A stretch of 64,000 nucleotides of DNA from an uncultured Chloroflexia bacterium (GCA_963828165.1 CAWHDR010000001.1:64001-128000); one strand, 5' to 3'; positions 1 through 9,699 are shown, numbered from the stretch's first letter. The notes: generated by a model from the letters alone, not told the origin. Numbers and translations: made by a program.

Positions 1-135
1 CCGGAGCAGACGGCGCAGCGTGTCCCTGTCGATCGGCGGTGTCACACTGCGAGCCCTTCCGAAACCGCGCGGACCGTGGCAACGTAGACGCCCCCGAACG
101 CCGAATATCGAACGCCTCGCTCCCAGGAGGAAGCC

Positions 136-576
136 ATGTCCCGCTTGCTGCCCGTTCTCGCCATGACTGCCGCGCTGGCCCTTTCCGCGTGTGCCGGCGG
201 CGGCACGACCGGGACCGCGAGTCTCGGCCCGCCGGAACCAGCCGGCAGCGCGCCCGCGTCCGCCCCCGCGTCGTCGGACGCCGGAGCGGGTGCCGGCGCG
301 TGCGCGCCGTCCACGGAGGCCGGCACGGTCGACGCCGCGATGACCGGGAACGCGTTCTCGCCGGGCACGATCACGGCCAAGGTCGGGGACGTCATCACGT
401 GGACCAACGGCGACGGTGTGCCCCATACGGCGACGTACAAGGACGACCCGACGTGCACGACCGAGCGGCTCGGCCAAGGTGAGTCCGGCGGCCTCACGTT
501 CAGTGCGGCGGGCACGTACGCGTTCTTCTGCCAGGTCCACACGGACATGACCGGGACCATCGAGGTCACGAGCTAG
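136..576 (+). CDS. Cupredoxin (plastocyanin/azurin family) lipoprotein
   Basis: AGGAGG SD, lipobox LSAC, type-1 Cu ligands H(PHTAT) and C-x2-H-x2-M (FFCQVHTDM). Confidence 0.9.
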   Translation: MSRLLPVLAMTAALALSACAGGGTTGTASLGPPEPAGSAPASAPASSDAGAGAGACAPSTEAGTVDAAMTGNAFSPGTITAKVGDVITWTNGDGVPHTATYKDDPTCTTERLGQGESGGLTFSAAGTYAFFCQVHTDMTGTIEVTS

Positions 577-1590
577 TCAGTCCGCTCGCTCCGCGAGGAA
601 CACGGCCGCTCCGGACGGCAGGTCGATCGACGTCGGAGCGGGCAGTCCGGCGTCGGCGAACCATGCCAGGAAGCGCTCGCGCGACGCGAGCGCCGTGCCC
701 TGGTACAGCTCGTCGAGCTGGACGCCGGCGATGATCTCGCCGTGCCGGGTGCGGAACTCGTCCTGGCCCGACGGCAGCGGCCAGTCGAGCACGATCAGGC
801 GGCCACCCGGCCGCAGGGCGGCCCACGCGGCACGCAGGACCTGCGGAGCATCCCGCAGCTGGTGGAGCGCGTACTGGAAATAGGCGAGGTCGTACTCGCC
901 GACCTTGCCCGGATCCGTGGCCTTGGCCTCGCGGATATCGATGCGATCCGACAGCCCTGCATCGGCGACGATCGCCCGTGCGCGCGCGACCGAGTCCGCC
1001 TCGAACTCGACGCCGACGAGCTCGAGCGCGGGGAATCGCTGGGCCATCGCCACGAGCCAGCGGCCCCCGCCGCAATGGACATCGACGACGCGGCCCCCGC
1101 GCGACAGGTCGGCGACGAGCTGCGGGAGTGCGGCCAGCACCTCCTGGAAGAAGACCGCGATGTCCTGACGCGTGAGCGTCGCGATGGCCTTCCGGTATCG
1201 CTCCGGTCGCTCGGCGATCGGCGTCCCGGTCCGGAAGAAGTCGGGCATGCCACCCCAGTCCATCGACGCGACGACGGCATGCACGAACTGACCACCGAGG
1301 AAGTCGGCCCGATCGCCATCGAGCAGGATCGCCGCCACGTCCTCGTCCATCACCAGTCGATCGTCGTCGAAGGTCGTCAGGTCGTGCGCGTCGGAAGCCC
1401 ATGCCCAGGCGTCCACGGCAGCCGGATGCGTGCCGGTCGCCGCCGCCAGCTCCGCCGTCGTCACGCCCGTGTCGCGGGCGGCGCGGACCTGCTGGAAGAG
1501 ACCGAGCTCGATGCCCAGGTACACCAGCCACGACCGGTGAAAGCCCCCGAGGCTGGCGATCAGGTCGTCGTACCGGTCGTCGTGGCCCAT
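577..1590 (-). CDS. Class I SAM-dependent methyltransferase with N-terminal winged helix
   Basis: VVDVHCGGG motif I, LVGVE, LRPGGRLIVLDW; start placed at ATG 1590, 6 nt after GACAAT. Confidence 0.85.
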   Translation of the reverse strand: MGHDDRYDDLIASLGGFHRSWLVYLGIELGLFQQVRAARDTGVTTAELAAATGTHPAAVDAWAWASDAHDLTTFDDDRLVMDEDVAAILLDGDRADFLGGQFVHAVVASMDWGGMPDFFRTGTPIAERPERYRKAIATLTRQDIAVFFQEVLAALPQLVADLSRGGRVVDVHCGGGRWLVAMAQRFPALELVGVEFEADSVARARAIVADAGLSDRIDIREAKATDPGKVGEYDLAYFQYALHQLRDAPQVLRAAWAALRPGGRLIVLDWPLPSGQDEFRTRHGEIIAGVQLDELYQGTALASRERFLAWFADAGLPAPTSIDLPSGAAVFLAERAD

Positions 1591-1685
1591 GCCCGGATTG
1601 TCGCATGGTGCCCACGGCCGGGTTCGAGGTGACCCGGGTACCGTAGCGTCATGCAACGGTTGCGGAGCGGGCGGGGTTCCGGGGG

Positions 1686-2288
1686 TTGATGGATACGGAC
1701 GAACGCCTCACCACCGACCTCGCGCGCGACCTCGACCGCGCCTTCGATGCACTCGTCGTGGCCCACCAGGATCGGATGTACACGATCGCTCTGCGCATGC
1801 TTGGCGACCCGCGCGACGCCGAGGAGGCCGCCCAGGACGCCCTGGTTCGTGCCTATCGGGCGCTGGCCACATATGACGCCGCGCGGATCCGCGAGCTGCG
1901 GCTCCGTGGCTGGCTCACGACGATCGTGCTCAACCTGTGCCGCTCTCGTGGTCTCCGGCGGGCCTCGCGTGGTGCGCCCCCGATCTCGCTGGATGGCGAC
2001 GGAGCCCCGGCTCTCGGGCCGACCGCATCCCGGAACGAGGCGCCGACCGAGGTCGCGGAACGCCACGCCGAACGCGAGCGCTGGAGTGCCCGGCTCGCGG
2101 GGCTGCCACCCTCCTACCGCGCCGCCGTCGTGCTCCGCCACGTCGACGGCCTGTCCTATCCGGAAGCCGCCGCGGCCCTCGGTCGTCCCGAGGGCACGGT
2201 CAAGGCCCAGGTCCACCGAGGACTCGCCCTGTTACGCACGATGCTCGAGGCGGAAGCCCGCCACGAGCTCGAGGAGATGACCGCATGA
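1686..2288 (+). CDS. ECF-type RNA polymerase sigma factor
   Basis: Region 2 (DAEEAAQDALVRAY, GWLTTIVLNLCR) and region 4 (LSYPEAAAALGRPEGTVKAQVHRGL). Confidence 0.92.
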   Translation: MMDTDERLTTDLARDLDRAFDALVVAHQDRMYTIALRMLGDPRDAEEAAQDALVRAYRALATYDAARIRELRLRGWLTTIVLNLCRSRGLRRASRGAPPISLDGDGAPALGPTASRNEAPTEVAERHAERERWSARLAGLPPSYRAAVVLRHVDGLSYPEAAAALGRPEGTVKAQVHRGLALLRTMLEAEARHELEEMTA

Positions 2289-3103
2289 ACCACCCGCTCG
2301 ATCCTGCCACGACCGACGCAGCCGTCGAGGCCGCACTCGCCGACCTGACCGCGACGGCCCCCGCCGGGCTGCGGCCCAAGGTGCTCGTTGAGACCGGCCT
2401 GGCCGACGCCTACGCCCACATCGATTCGCCGATCGGGCCCCTGACGGTCGCCTGGAATGGCCGCGGGGTGTCGGAGGTGGCCGCGGCCACGGACGGCCCG
2501 ACCTTCCAGGCCCGCCATCGCGCGGCGACCGGACGTGACGCGTTCGCCATGGATACCCTGCCCGCTCGGTTGGCCGAGGCCATCGAACGGCGGCTCGGCG
2601 GGGACCGCCGGGTGCGGATCGACCTCGACCTGCGCGGGCACAGCCCGTTCGAGCAGGACGTCTGGCGCAAGGCGCTCGAGATCCCGCGCGGCGAGGTGCG
2701 TCCGTACGGGTGGGTCGCGGCCGAGATCGGCCGGCCCAGGGCCGTCCGAGCCGTGGGGACCGCCCTCGGCCACAACCCGGTCCCGTTGATCGTGCCGTGC
2801 CACCGCGTCGTGCGCACCGATGGGTTCATCGGCCAGTACTCGCTCGGTGGTCCGGACAACAAGCGGACGATCCTGCGCAGCGAGGGCCTGGATCCGGAGG
2901 GCCTCGAGGCGCAGGCCGCGGCGGGCATCCGCTACGTCGGCTCCGACACCACCAACATCATGTGCCTGCCCACGTGCCGCCACGCGCGCCGGACGATGGA
3001 CGTGCACCGGGTGGCGTTCCGTTCGGTCAGGGATGGAGTCGCGGCCGGGTACCGGCCGTGCAAGGTGTGCCGGCCGGATTCGGGGACATCGCTCGCGGCC
3101 TAG
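2285..3103 (+). CDS. ogt: Methylated-DNA-protein-cysteine methyltransferase with C-terminal Ada metal-binding domain
   Basis: Active site IVPCHRVV, RAVGTALGHNP; C-terminal CLPTC...GYRPCKVCRP; ATGA overlap with sigma gene. Confidence 0.9.
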   Translation: MNHPLDPATTDAAVEAALADLTATAPAGLRPKVLVETGLADAYAHIDSPIGPLTVAWNGRGVSEVAAATDGPTFQARHRAATGRDAFAMDTLPARLAEAIERRLGGDRRVRIDLDLRGHSPFEQDVWRKALEIPRGEVRPYGWVAAEIGRPRAVRAVGTALGHNPVPLIVPCHRVVRTDGFIGQYSLGGPDNKRTILRSEGLDPEGLEAQAAAGIRYVGSDTTNIMCLPTCRHARRTMDVHRVAFRSVRDGVAAGYRPCKVCRPDSGTSLAA

Positions 3104-3164
3104 GCATGCGCGACTCCGCGGCGGCAACTCCGCCCCGTCATGTCGACAGCGACACCAGCAGCCG

Positions 3165-3340
3165 GATGTCAGCCCCAGACACCATCTCTCCACAGCCGCG
3201 CACGACCGACGGCCTGATGTCAGCCCCAGACACCATCTCGCCACAGCCGCGCACGACCGGTGAACCAGATCGTCAAGATCAACGTACGACGCGGTCGATC
3301 ACGAGGGATCCGTCACGGAATGGTGTCTACGGCTGACACC
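3165..3340. repeat. 176-bp intergenic element, copy A: two 51-bp-period direct repeats plus an inverted terminal motif
   Basis: GATGTCAGCCCCAGACACCATCTC(T/G)CCACAGCCGCGCACGACCG at 3165 and 3216; inverted motif GGTGTCTACGGCTGACACC at 3322-3340; aligns without gaps to 33687-33862. Confidence 0.85.
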
Positions 3341-3400
3341 TTCAACGCCACAGGCCGGATCCCAGGCCCGCGCCCCTGAACCACGTCGTATGCTGGGTGC

Positions 3401-4399
3401 TTGGACCACCTGCCTATGCCAACCGAGCCCCGCCGCCCGCCCGATCGCGGGGCCGTCTGGCTCGGCCTGCTCATCCTCTATGTGGTCTGGGGCTCGACCT
3501 ACCTCGGCATCGCGATCGCGGTCGAGACGATCCCGCCGTTCCTCATGGCGGCCGTGCGGTTCGCGATCGCCGGGACGGTGCTGATGGCCTGGTCGCTCCT
3601 GCGAGCACGCGGCTCGTTCGTCGCCCCGAGTCGGCGCGAGTGGCGCGACACGGTCATCGTGGGCACGCTGCTGCTCGGAGGCGGCATGGGCATGGTCGCG
3701 TTCGGGGAGCAGACGATCCCGTCTGGCATCGCGGCCCTGCTCATCGCGATGATGCCGGTCTGGGTCGCGATCTTCGGACGCATCTTCCTCGGCGAGCGTC
3801 TGCCGCGGCTGGCCGGCGTCGGCATCGTGGTCGGCTTCGTCGGGGTCGCGATCCTCGTCGGGCCGACGATCCTGGGCCAGACCGGTGCCCTCGACCCGAT
3901 CGGCCTGGTCGCCCTGATCATTTCGCCGATCGCTTGGTCGCTCGGCTCGCTGTACGCCTCGCACCGCGCGACGCTCCCCCGCCAGCCGCTCGTCGCGACC
4001 GGCACGCAAATGCTCGCCGGTGGTGCGGTCCTCGCCCTCATGGCCGGCGTGACCGGCGAATTCGGGCGGTTCGATGCCGCCGCTGTCTCGAGCGAGTCGA
4101 TCGGCGCACTCGTCTACCTCACGGTCATCGGCAGCTTGCTCGCCTTCACCGCCTATGGCTGGCTCCTGCGCGTGGCGCCGCTACCGCTCATCGCAACGTA
4201 CGCCTACGTGAACCCGGTCGTGGCCGTGATCCTGGGCGCGCTCGTGCGCAACGAGCCGATCGACCCCCGCACGCTCGTGGCGGGCGGCGTGATCATCGGC
4301 GCGGTCGCGCTGATCGTGACCGCACGCGGCCGGATGACGGCGCCGGCGTTCAGGCCGTCGGACGCTCCCAACCCTGGGCCGGCCACGGCTCGCACCTGA
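3401..4399 (+). CDS. EamA/DMT family transporter
   Basis: LYVVWGSTYLGI and YAYVNPVVAVILG motifs, ~10 hydrophobic segments; TATGCT 6 nt before TTG start. Confidence 0.92.
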   Translation: MDHLPMPTEPRRPPDRGAVWLGLLILYVVWGSTYLGIAIAVETIPPFLMAAVRFAIAGTVLMAWSLLRARGSFVAPSRREWRDTVIVGTLLLGGGMGMVAFGEQTIPSGIAALLIAMMPVWVAIFGRIFLGERLPRLAGVGIVVGFVGVAILVGPTILGQTGALDPIGLVALIISPIAWSLGSLYASHRATLPRQPLVATGTQMLAGGAVLALMAGVTGEFGRFDAAAVSSESIGALVYLTVIGSLLAFTAYGWLLRVAPLPLIATYAYVNPVVAVILGALVRNEPIDPRTLVAGGVIIGAVALIVTARGRMTAPAFRPSDAPNPGPATART

Positions 4400-5559
4400 G
4401 CGGCCGGTCCTCGCGGTAGCCCAGGGCGTAGTCGGCCTGGATCAGCGTGTGGAGCTGGCTCGTCCCCTCGTAGATGACCGCGGCCTTCGAGTTGCGCAGG
4501 TAGCGTTCGACCGGGAACTCGTTCGAATAGCCGTTGGCGCCGTGGACCTGGATGGCGTCGAGCGCGCTCTGCACGGAGTGCTCGGTGGCGTGCCACTTGG
4601 CGAGGCTCGTCTCGCGCGTGTTGCGCAAGCCCTGGTTCTTGAGCCAGGCCGCGCGCCACACGAGCAGGCGGCCCATCTCGATGCCTGCGGCCATCTTCGC
4701 GATCATCTGCTTGACGAGCTGGTGCTCGCCGATCTCCTGGCCGAAGGTGTGGCGGTCGTGGGCGTAGGCGACGCTGGCATCGAGACAGGCCTGGGCGAGC
4801 CCAACGGCTCCGGCGGCGACCGTGAACCGGCCCTGGTCGATGGCGCTCATCGCGACGAGGAAGCCCTCCCCTTCCTCGCCGATGCGGTGCTCCTCGGGCA
4901 CGACGACGTCGTCGAGGTTGATCAGGCCGGTGTTGCCGGCGCGGATCCCGAGCTTGCCGTGGAGCGTGCCGGTCGACAGGCCGGCCATGCCGCGCTCCAG
5001 GAGGAACGCGGTGACGCCCTTGTGCTTCTTCGACCGATCGACGCTGGCGAAGACGAGGAAATGGTCGGCGATGTCGGCGAGGCTGATCCAGATCTTCTGG
5101 CCGTTCAGCCGGTACGCCGCGCCGTCGCGACGGGCGGTGGCTTGGAGAGCTCCGGCATCCGTGCCGACCCCGGGCTCTGTCAGACCGAACGTCGCGAGCT
5201 TCTCGCCCCTGGCCTGCGGGACGAGCCAGCGCTGGCGCTGCTCGTCGGTCCCCCACTGGAGCAGCGCCAGCGAGTTGAGCCCGACGTGCACGCTCTGGAC
5301 GACGCGGAACGCGGTGTCGGCACGCTCCAGCTCCTCGCACAGGAGCGCGAAGCTGACGTAGTCCATCCCCCCGCCGCCGTAGGTCTCCGGGATCGGGGCG
5401 CCGAGGAAGCCTTGCTCGGCCATCTTCTCGAACAGGCTCCGCGGGAAGCCGTCGCCCCGCGTCCCACTCGCGGATGTGGGGCAGGATCTCGGCCTCGGCG
5501 AAGGCCCGAGCTGCCCCCTGCACGAGCCGGTTCTCGTCGGTGAGCGTGAAGTCGACCAT
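4350..5559 (-). CDS. Acyl-CoA dehydrogenase (apparent +1 frameshift near 5455-5460)
   Basis: N-terminus MVDFTLTDENRLVQ in one frame, then FGLTEPGVGTDAG, QVHGANGY and IYEGTSQ in the next; shift falls in a G run. Confidence 0.9.
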
Positions 5560-5566
5560 GGGCCGA

Positions 5567-5618
5567 ATGCTAGCCGCTGCGCCCGGTGGTCGAGGCGCGC
5601 TCGTGGCGAACCTATAAT
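5567..5618. promoter_or_regulatory. Back-to-back -10 boxes of leaderless divergent genes
   Basis: TATAAT 5613-5618, 6 nt before ATG 5625; TAGCAT on minus strand (5567-5572), 7 nt before ATG 5559; no SD for either gene. Confidence 0.7.
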
Positions 5619-5624
5619 CCCGCG

Positions 5625-6932
5625 ATGGACCGACCCGTGACCGCGGTCGCCGCACCGGCGGCCCTTGCTCCGCACCTGACGCCCGTCCTGGGCCGCTATT
5701 TCCAGCGCGACTGGAGCCACGGCCAGGGGCACCGCCTGTACGACACGGATGGGCGCGCCTACCTCGACTTCGCGAACGGCATCGCGGTCACGGCGCTCGG
5801 GCACGTCCACCCGCGGGTGACCGCGGCGATCCACGCCCAGGTCGACAAGCTCATCGGACCGATCAACGCGGTCGGCTTCACCGAACCCATCAGCCGCCTT
5901 GCCGACGAGATCGCGGCGACCTTTCCCAGTCCGCTCGATTCGGTGATGTTCCTCAATTCGGGCTCCGAGGCGATCGACGGCGCCCTGAAACTCGCGCGTC
6001 GGGTCACGGGCCGGCCGGGGATCATCGCGTTCCGGGGCGGCTTCCACGGCCGGACGTGGGGCGCGACCTCGGTCACGAGCTCCGCGATCAACTACCGGAC
6101 CGGGTACGAGCCGCTGCTCCCCGGTGTGCACCTCTCGACGTTTCCGGCCGTGTACCGAGGGTTCGGCGGTGACGAAGCGGCTGCCGTGGCGGGCGCGATG
6201 GCCGACCTTCGGACGCTGACCTCGACCGACATCCCGGCGTCATCGGTGGCATGCGTGCTCATCGAGCCCGTCCAGGGCGAAGGTGGCTTCACGCCCGCTC
6301 CGCCTGCCTTCCTGCGCGAGCTTCGGGCTTTCTGCGACGAGCACGGGATCCTGCTCATCGCCGACGAGGTCCAGTCCGGCTACGGTCGGACCGGACGCAT
6401 GTGGGCATTCGAGCACGCAGGCATCGTGCCGGATGTCGTCGTGCTGGCCAAGGCGATCGCCAACGGCCTGCCGCTCTCGGCGATCGTGTCGTCGCGGGAG
6501 CTCCAGGAGCGCTGGGGTCGAGGCGCGCACGGGTCGACGTACGGCGGGAACCCGGTGGCCTGCGCGGCGGGGTCGGCCGTCCTCGAGACCATCGGCGAGG
6601 AAGGCCTGGTCGAAAACGCCGCCGCACGCGGCGCCGAGCTTCGCTCCGGGCTCGAACGGATCGCCGCGGAGGACGACCGCATCGGGGATGTGCGCGGCCC
6701 GGGCATGATGATCGGGGTGGAGTTCGTCAGGGATCGCGCGACGCGCGAGCCGGACGGGACCCTGCCCGACCGGTTGTCGGCCGCCTGTGCGGATGCGGGG
6801 CTGCTCGTGCTCACCTGCGGGAGCCAGCACGAGGTCGTGCGCTGGATCCCGCCACTCGACGTGACCGCAGCCGAGATCAGCGAGGCCGTCGAGATCTTCG
6901 GCGAGACATTGGCGGGGATCCCGCGAGACTAG
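5625..6932 (+). CDS. Class III PLP aminotransferase (4-aminobutyrate aminotransferase-like)
   Basis: NSGSEAIDGALK, FHGRT, IEPVQGEGG, LIADEVQSGYGRTG, LAKAIANG, STYGGNP. Confidence 0.9.
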   Translation: MDRPVTAVAAPAALAPHLTPVLGRYFQRDWSHGQGHRLYDTDGRAYLDFANGIAVTALGHVHPRVTAAIHAQVDKLIGPINAVGFTEPISRLADEIAATFPSPLDSVMFLNSGSEAIDGALKLARRVTGRPGIIAFRGGFHGRTWGATSVTSSAINYRTGYEPLLPGVHLSTFPAVYRGFGGDEAAAVAGAMADLRTLTSTDIPASSVACVLIEPVQGEGGFTPAPPAFLRELRAFCDEHGILLIADEVQSGYGRTGRMWAFEHAGIVPDVVVLAKAIANGLPLSAIVSSRELQERWGRGAHGSTYGGNPVACAAGSAVLETIGEEGLVENAAARGAELRSGLERIAAEDDRIGDVRGPGMMIGVEFVRDRATREPDGTLPDRLSAACADAGLLVLTCGSQHEVVRWIPPLDVTAAEISEAVEIFGETLAGIPRD

Positions 6933-7050
6933 TAGGCGGCACCCAGTCGCGGGCATGCCAGAGCGCCCGGGGAGGGACCGGGCGCTCGGAGGCGGCGTCG
7001 CGAACTGTCGGGCGGGCGTGGCGACAGCCACGACCGCCGAGTCGGCTGAG

Positions 7051-7245
7051 TTAGCGGTTCTGGTGGAGGAACTTCATCACGTCGTCAAGGCGGAAGCGGC
7101 GATCGCCACGCTTGCAGACGCGATAGAAGGGCAGCTCACCCCGGTCGCCCAGGCGCTTCACCGTGTTGACGTGTAGGTGGAGCATCTCGGCGACTTCGGT
7201 CGCGGTGAGCATGGGCCCAAGTTCGTTCATGACCATCGATGCCAT
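7051..7245 (-). CDS. Small excisionase/BldC-like HTH DNA-binding protein
   Basis: MLTATEVAEMLHLHVNTVKRL...GELPFYRV...GDRRFRLDDV, typical HTH_17 pattern. Confidence 0.85.
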   Translation of the reverse strand: MASMVMNELGPMLTATEVAEMLHLHVNTVKRLGDRGELPFYRVCKRGDRRFRLDDVMKFLHQNR

Positions 7246-7403
7246 GGTGTGGGTTGCCTCAGTTCTGGACGCTTGTTCGGCGGCTCCGGTCCCCTGGGGT
7301 AGTCAGGGGTAGGGTCCGGCCCGCTTCGAGGCAGACTGTATGGGTGCGGGGCGGGTCCACCAAGCCGTACTTTGGGGTAGCCGCCAGTACCCCACCGGAG
7401 TCA

Positions 7404-8087
7404 TCAACGGCCGTGCGCGATCCTGCGTGCCTTGCGCGTGACCCGCACGAACTCCGTGAAGTGGTGCCAGGGTCGGATATGGGACGGTTCGCCCGCGTAG
7501 ATCGTGCGGATCGGGACCGAATCGATCGGGAGCCCGAGCGCGATGCAGCGCGCGATCATCTCGACCTCGAACTCGAAGCCCTGCTCCTCGCTGTCGAGCA
7601 CGGCGCGCATCAGCGTGCGGCCGATCAACCGGTAGCCCGACTGGTTGTCCGGCACCCAACGGCCGAGGGCCGCCGCGAGCGCCAAGCCTCCGATCGTGTT
7701 CGATAGTCGTCGGACGCGGGGCATCGAGCGCAGGTCGCGCTGGCCGATGATCAGCTCGGCTCGTCTCGCCCCGAAGCGTTCCAGGAACGCCGGGATCTCA
7801 TCTGGATCGTGCTGACCGTCGCCGTCGAGCGTCACGACCGCCGGCGCTCCCGCCTCGAGCGCATGCCGGAACCCCATTCGCAGGGCAGCGCCCTTGCCCG
7901 CGTTTGGGAGGTGGCTAAGAACGGTGGCCCCGGCCGCGCTCGCTCGGGCCGCGGTATCGTCGTGCGAGCCGTCGTCGATCACCACGACCGGCAGATGCCG
8001 GCTCGCGGACTCGACGACCGCGCCGATGCGTGGCCCTTCGTCGTAGGCCGGGATCAGCGCGAGGAGCGGCCCATCCGGGTTCGACAC
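7404..8087 (-). CDS. Glycosyltransferase family 2 (DPM-synthase-like)
   Basis: LIPAYDE, VIDDGSHD, GKGAAL, TLDGDGQH, DNQSGYR. Confidence 0.92.
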   Translation of the reverse strand: MSNPDGPLLALIPAYDEGPRIGAVVESASRHLPVVVIDDGSHDDTAARASAAGATVLSHLPNAGKGAALRMGFRHALEAGAPAVVTLDGDGQHDPDEIPAFLERFGARRAELIIGQRDLRSMPRVRRLSNTIGGLALAAALGRWVPDNQSGYRLIGRTLMRAVLDSEEQGFEFEVEMIARCIALGLPIDSVPIRTIYAGEPSHIRPWHHFTEFVRVTRKARRIAHGR

Positions 8088-8194
8088 CGGCAGAGTATCG
8101 CCGCACCAGCCATTCTCATGACTCGCTCAGGAACCGCCTCCACGCTTCACCACAGTCCACGCCTCGATAGGGGCTGCGCAAACGGAGACCTGCG

Positions 8195-9235
8195 ATGCCA
8201 TCGAATCCTCCCGATACCGCGACCGACCAAGTCGAGTTTTCCTCTCGGACCCCGGGGCCGAGCCGGCGCCGCGTGGCCCTGATCACCGGTGGGGCAGTGG
8301 TCCTGGTCGTCGGAGCCGTGGCGACCTCGATGGCCGCCTCCCCTGCCCCGTCCTCGTCCGGAGCCCCGAACGGCACGGTGCCCGCGCCATTCATCGCCGC
8401 CGAGCCTTGGCTCGAGGAAGGCGTGGTCGATCTCGAACATGGCCGCTTCGGCGGCCAGGGCTTCCGCGAGATCACGATCACCGCGATCAGCGGCTCGAAC
8501 GTGACCCTCGGCACCGACGATGGCTGGACGCGCACGATCGCGGTGACGGGGGCCGTGGACCTGACCAAGGGCGGCCAGGACATCGCGCTGACCGATCTCG
8601 CGGTCGGCGACCAGGTCCGCTTCCGCCAGACCCGCAACGACGATGGCACGTACACCGTCAACGCCCTCGCGGTCGTCGTGCCCAGCGTGCGTGGCACGGT
8701 CAGCGATGTCAGCTCCAGCGGGTTCAAGGTGACCGGTCGCGGTGGCGCGGTCTGGACGATCACCGTGAACGCAACCACCGACTACCAGTTCGGCACGGGC
8801 GAGGGTTCGCTGGCCGACGTGACCAACGGAACGACCGTCATGGTCCAGGGCACGAGCAGCGGCGACAACGCGCTCACCGCGCTGACGGTTCGGGTCAAGC
8901 CGGACCGCGCGGTCGGCACGGTCAAGGCCAAGACCGCGGACACCATCACGATCACCAGGCGTGACGGCTCGACCGTCACCGTCCACGTCGATAGCGATAC
9001 GACCTACCGGGTCGCGGGCGTCGAGAACGCCGATCTCGGCGACGTCGCCGTGGACATGGCGGTCGGCGTGTCGGGTCGCGAGCGAGCGGACGGCTCCATC
9101 GACGCGTCTGCGGTCGCCGCCGGGAATGGCCGCGGCTTCAAGCGGGGCGGCGGGCTTCGCGGCTTCGACGGTCCAGGGGTCAAGCCCGGCAACTTCGAAT
9201 TCCCGGGTCTCGAGGAGGACATTTCGGAGAGTTGA
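8195..9235 (+). CDS. Membrane-anchored protein with three OB-fold-like (DUF5666-type) repeats
   Basis: N-terminal TM helix; three repeats of the form G-T-V...F/I-x-V/I-T...T-I/V-x-V...T-x-Y...L-A-D-V...V-x-V-x-G. Confidence 0.7.
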   Translation: MPSNPPDTATDQVEFSSRTPGPSRRRVALITGGAVVLVVGAVATSMAASPAPSSSGAPNGTVPAPFIAAEPWLEEGVVDLEHGRFGGQGFREITITAISGSNVTLGTDDGWTRTIAVTGAVDLTKGGQDIALTDLAVGDQVRFRQTRNDDGTYTVNALAVVVPSVRGTVSDVSSSGFKVTGRGGAVWTITVNATTDYQFGTGEGSLADVTNGTTVMVQGTSSGDNALTALTVRVKPDRAVGTVKAKTADTITITRRDGSTVTVHVDSDTTYRVAGVENADLGDVAVDMAVGVSGRERADGSIDASAVAAGNGRGFKRGGGLRGFDGPGVKPGNFEFPGLEEDISES

Positions 9236-9249
9236 GCGCAAGGAGGGTT

Positions 9250-9325
9250 TGGCGTCCCCGGCAGGATTCGAACCTGCGACCTTCCGCTTAGAAGGCGGTT
9301 GCTCTGTCCACTGAGCTACGGGGAC
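9250..9325 (-). tRNA. tRNA-Arg(TCT)
   Basis: GTCCCCGTAGCTCAGTGGACAGAGCA...CT-TCT-AA...GGTTCGAATCC...GGGGACGCCA; TAGACT -10 box upstream. Confidence 0.95.
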
Positions 9326-9444
9326 CGCGGCGAGTCTAGCGACCCCTCGGCGTTCGTGGCTGCTCGACGACGGGTGGGCTGGATCGCGACTCGGGAAGGA
9401 GCGGCATCAGCGGCGATGCTGCCCGTTCGCGAGCAGCCTGGATG

Positions 9445-9699
9445 TCAGTCCTGCCGACGCTTGAACCCCGTAAACCGGAATGGCTGGTCGGCGCGTGCCT
9501 TCGTTGCGGCGGCCTCGGCTGCGCGCTTGTTGTCGTCGTTCCTGGAAATCCACTGGGCGACCATCACCGAGAGCCCGACGGCGGCACCCCAGATGCTCCC
9601 ATCAACAACGCTCATGATCTCGGTTCCTTGGGCGATCAGGCCGCCGGCGATCACGCCGATGGCCGGGTACGGTCCAAGCGCCGACAGGACGTCGACCAC
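9445..9699 (-). CDS. Hypothetical small membrane protein
   Basis: 84-aa ORF with two hydrophobic segments and a basic tail; no recognised motif. Confidence 0.45.
   Translation of the reverse strand: MVDVLSALGPYPAIGVIAGGLIAQGTEIMSVVDGSIWGAAVGLSVMVAQWISRNDDNKRAAEAAATKARADQPFRFTGFKRRQD

Noticed and set aside
3165-3260. Direct repeats as a mini CRISPR array
   Set aside because: Only two 44-bp units with a 7-bp gap, no spacer-length unique sequence and no cas genes
5450-5465. Programmed frameshift or pseudogene in the acyl-CoA dehydrogenase
   Set aside because: One of five single-base shifts (also ~42443, ~57497, ~58330, ~59297), mostly in short homopolymers, in otherwise intact genes with no slippery heptamer; sequencing or assembly indels are more likely. 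Read pile-ups would settle it
7051-7245. Prophage or ICE excisionase
   Set aside because: No integrase, phage or conjugation genes nearby; more likely a chromosomal regulator
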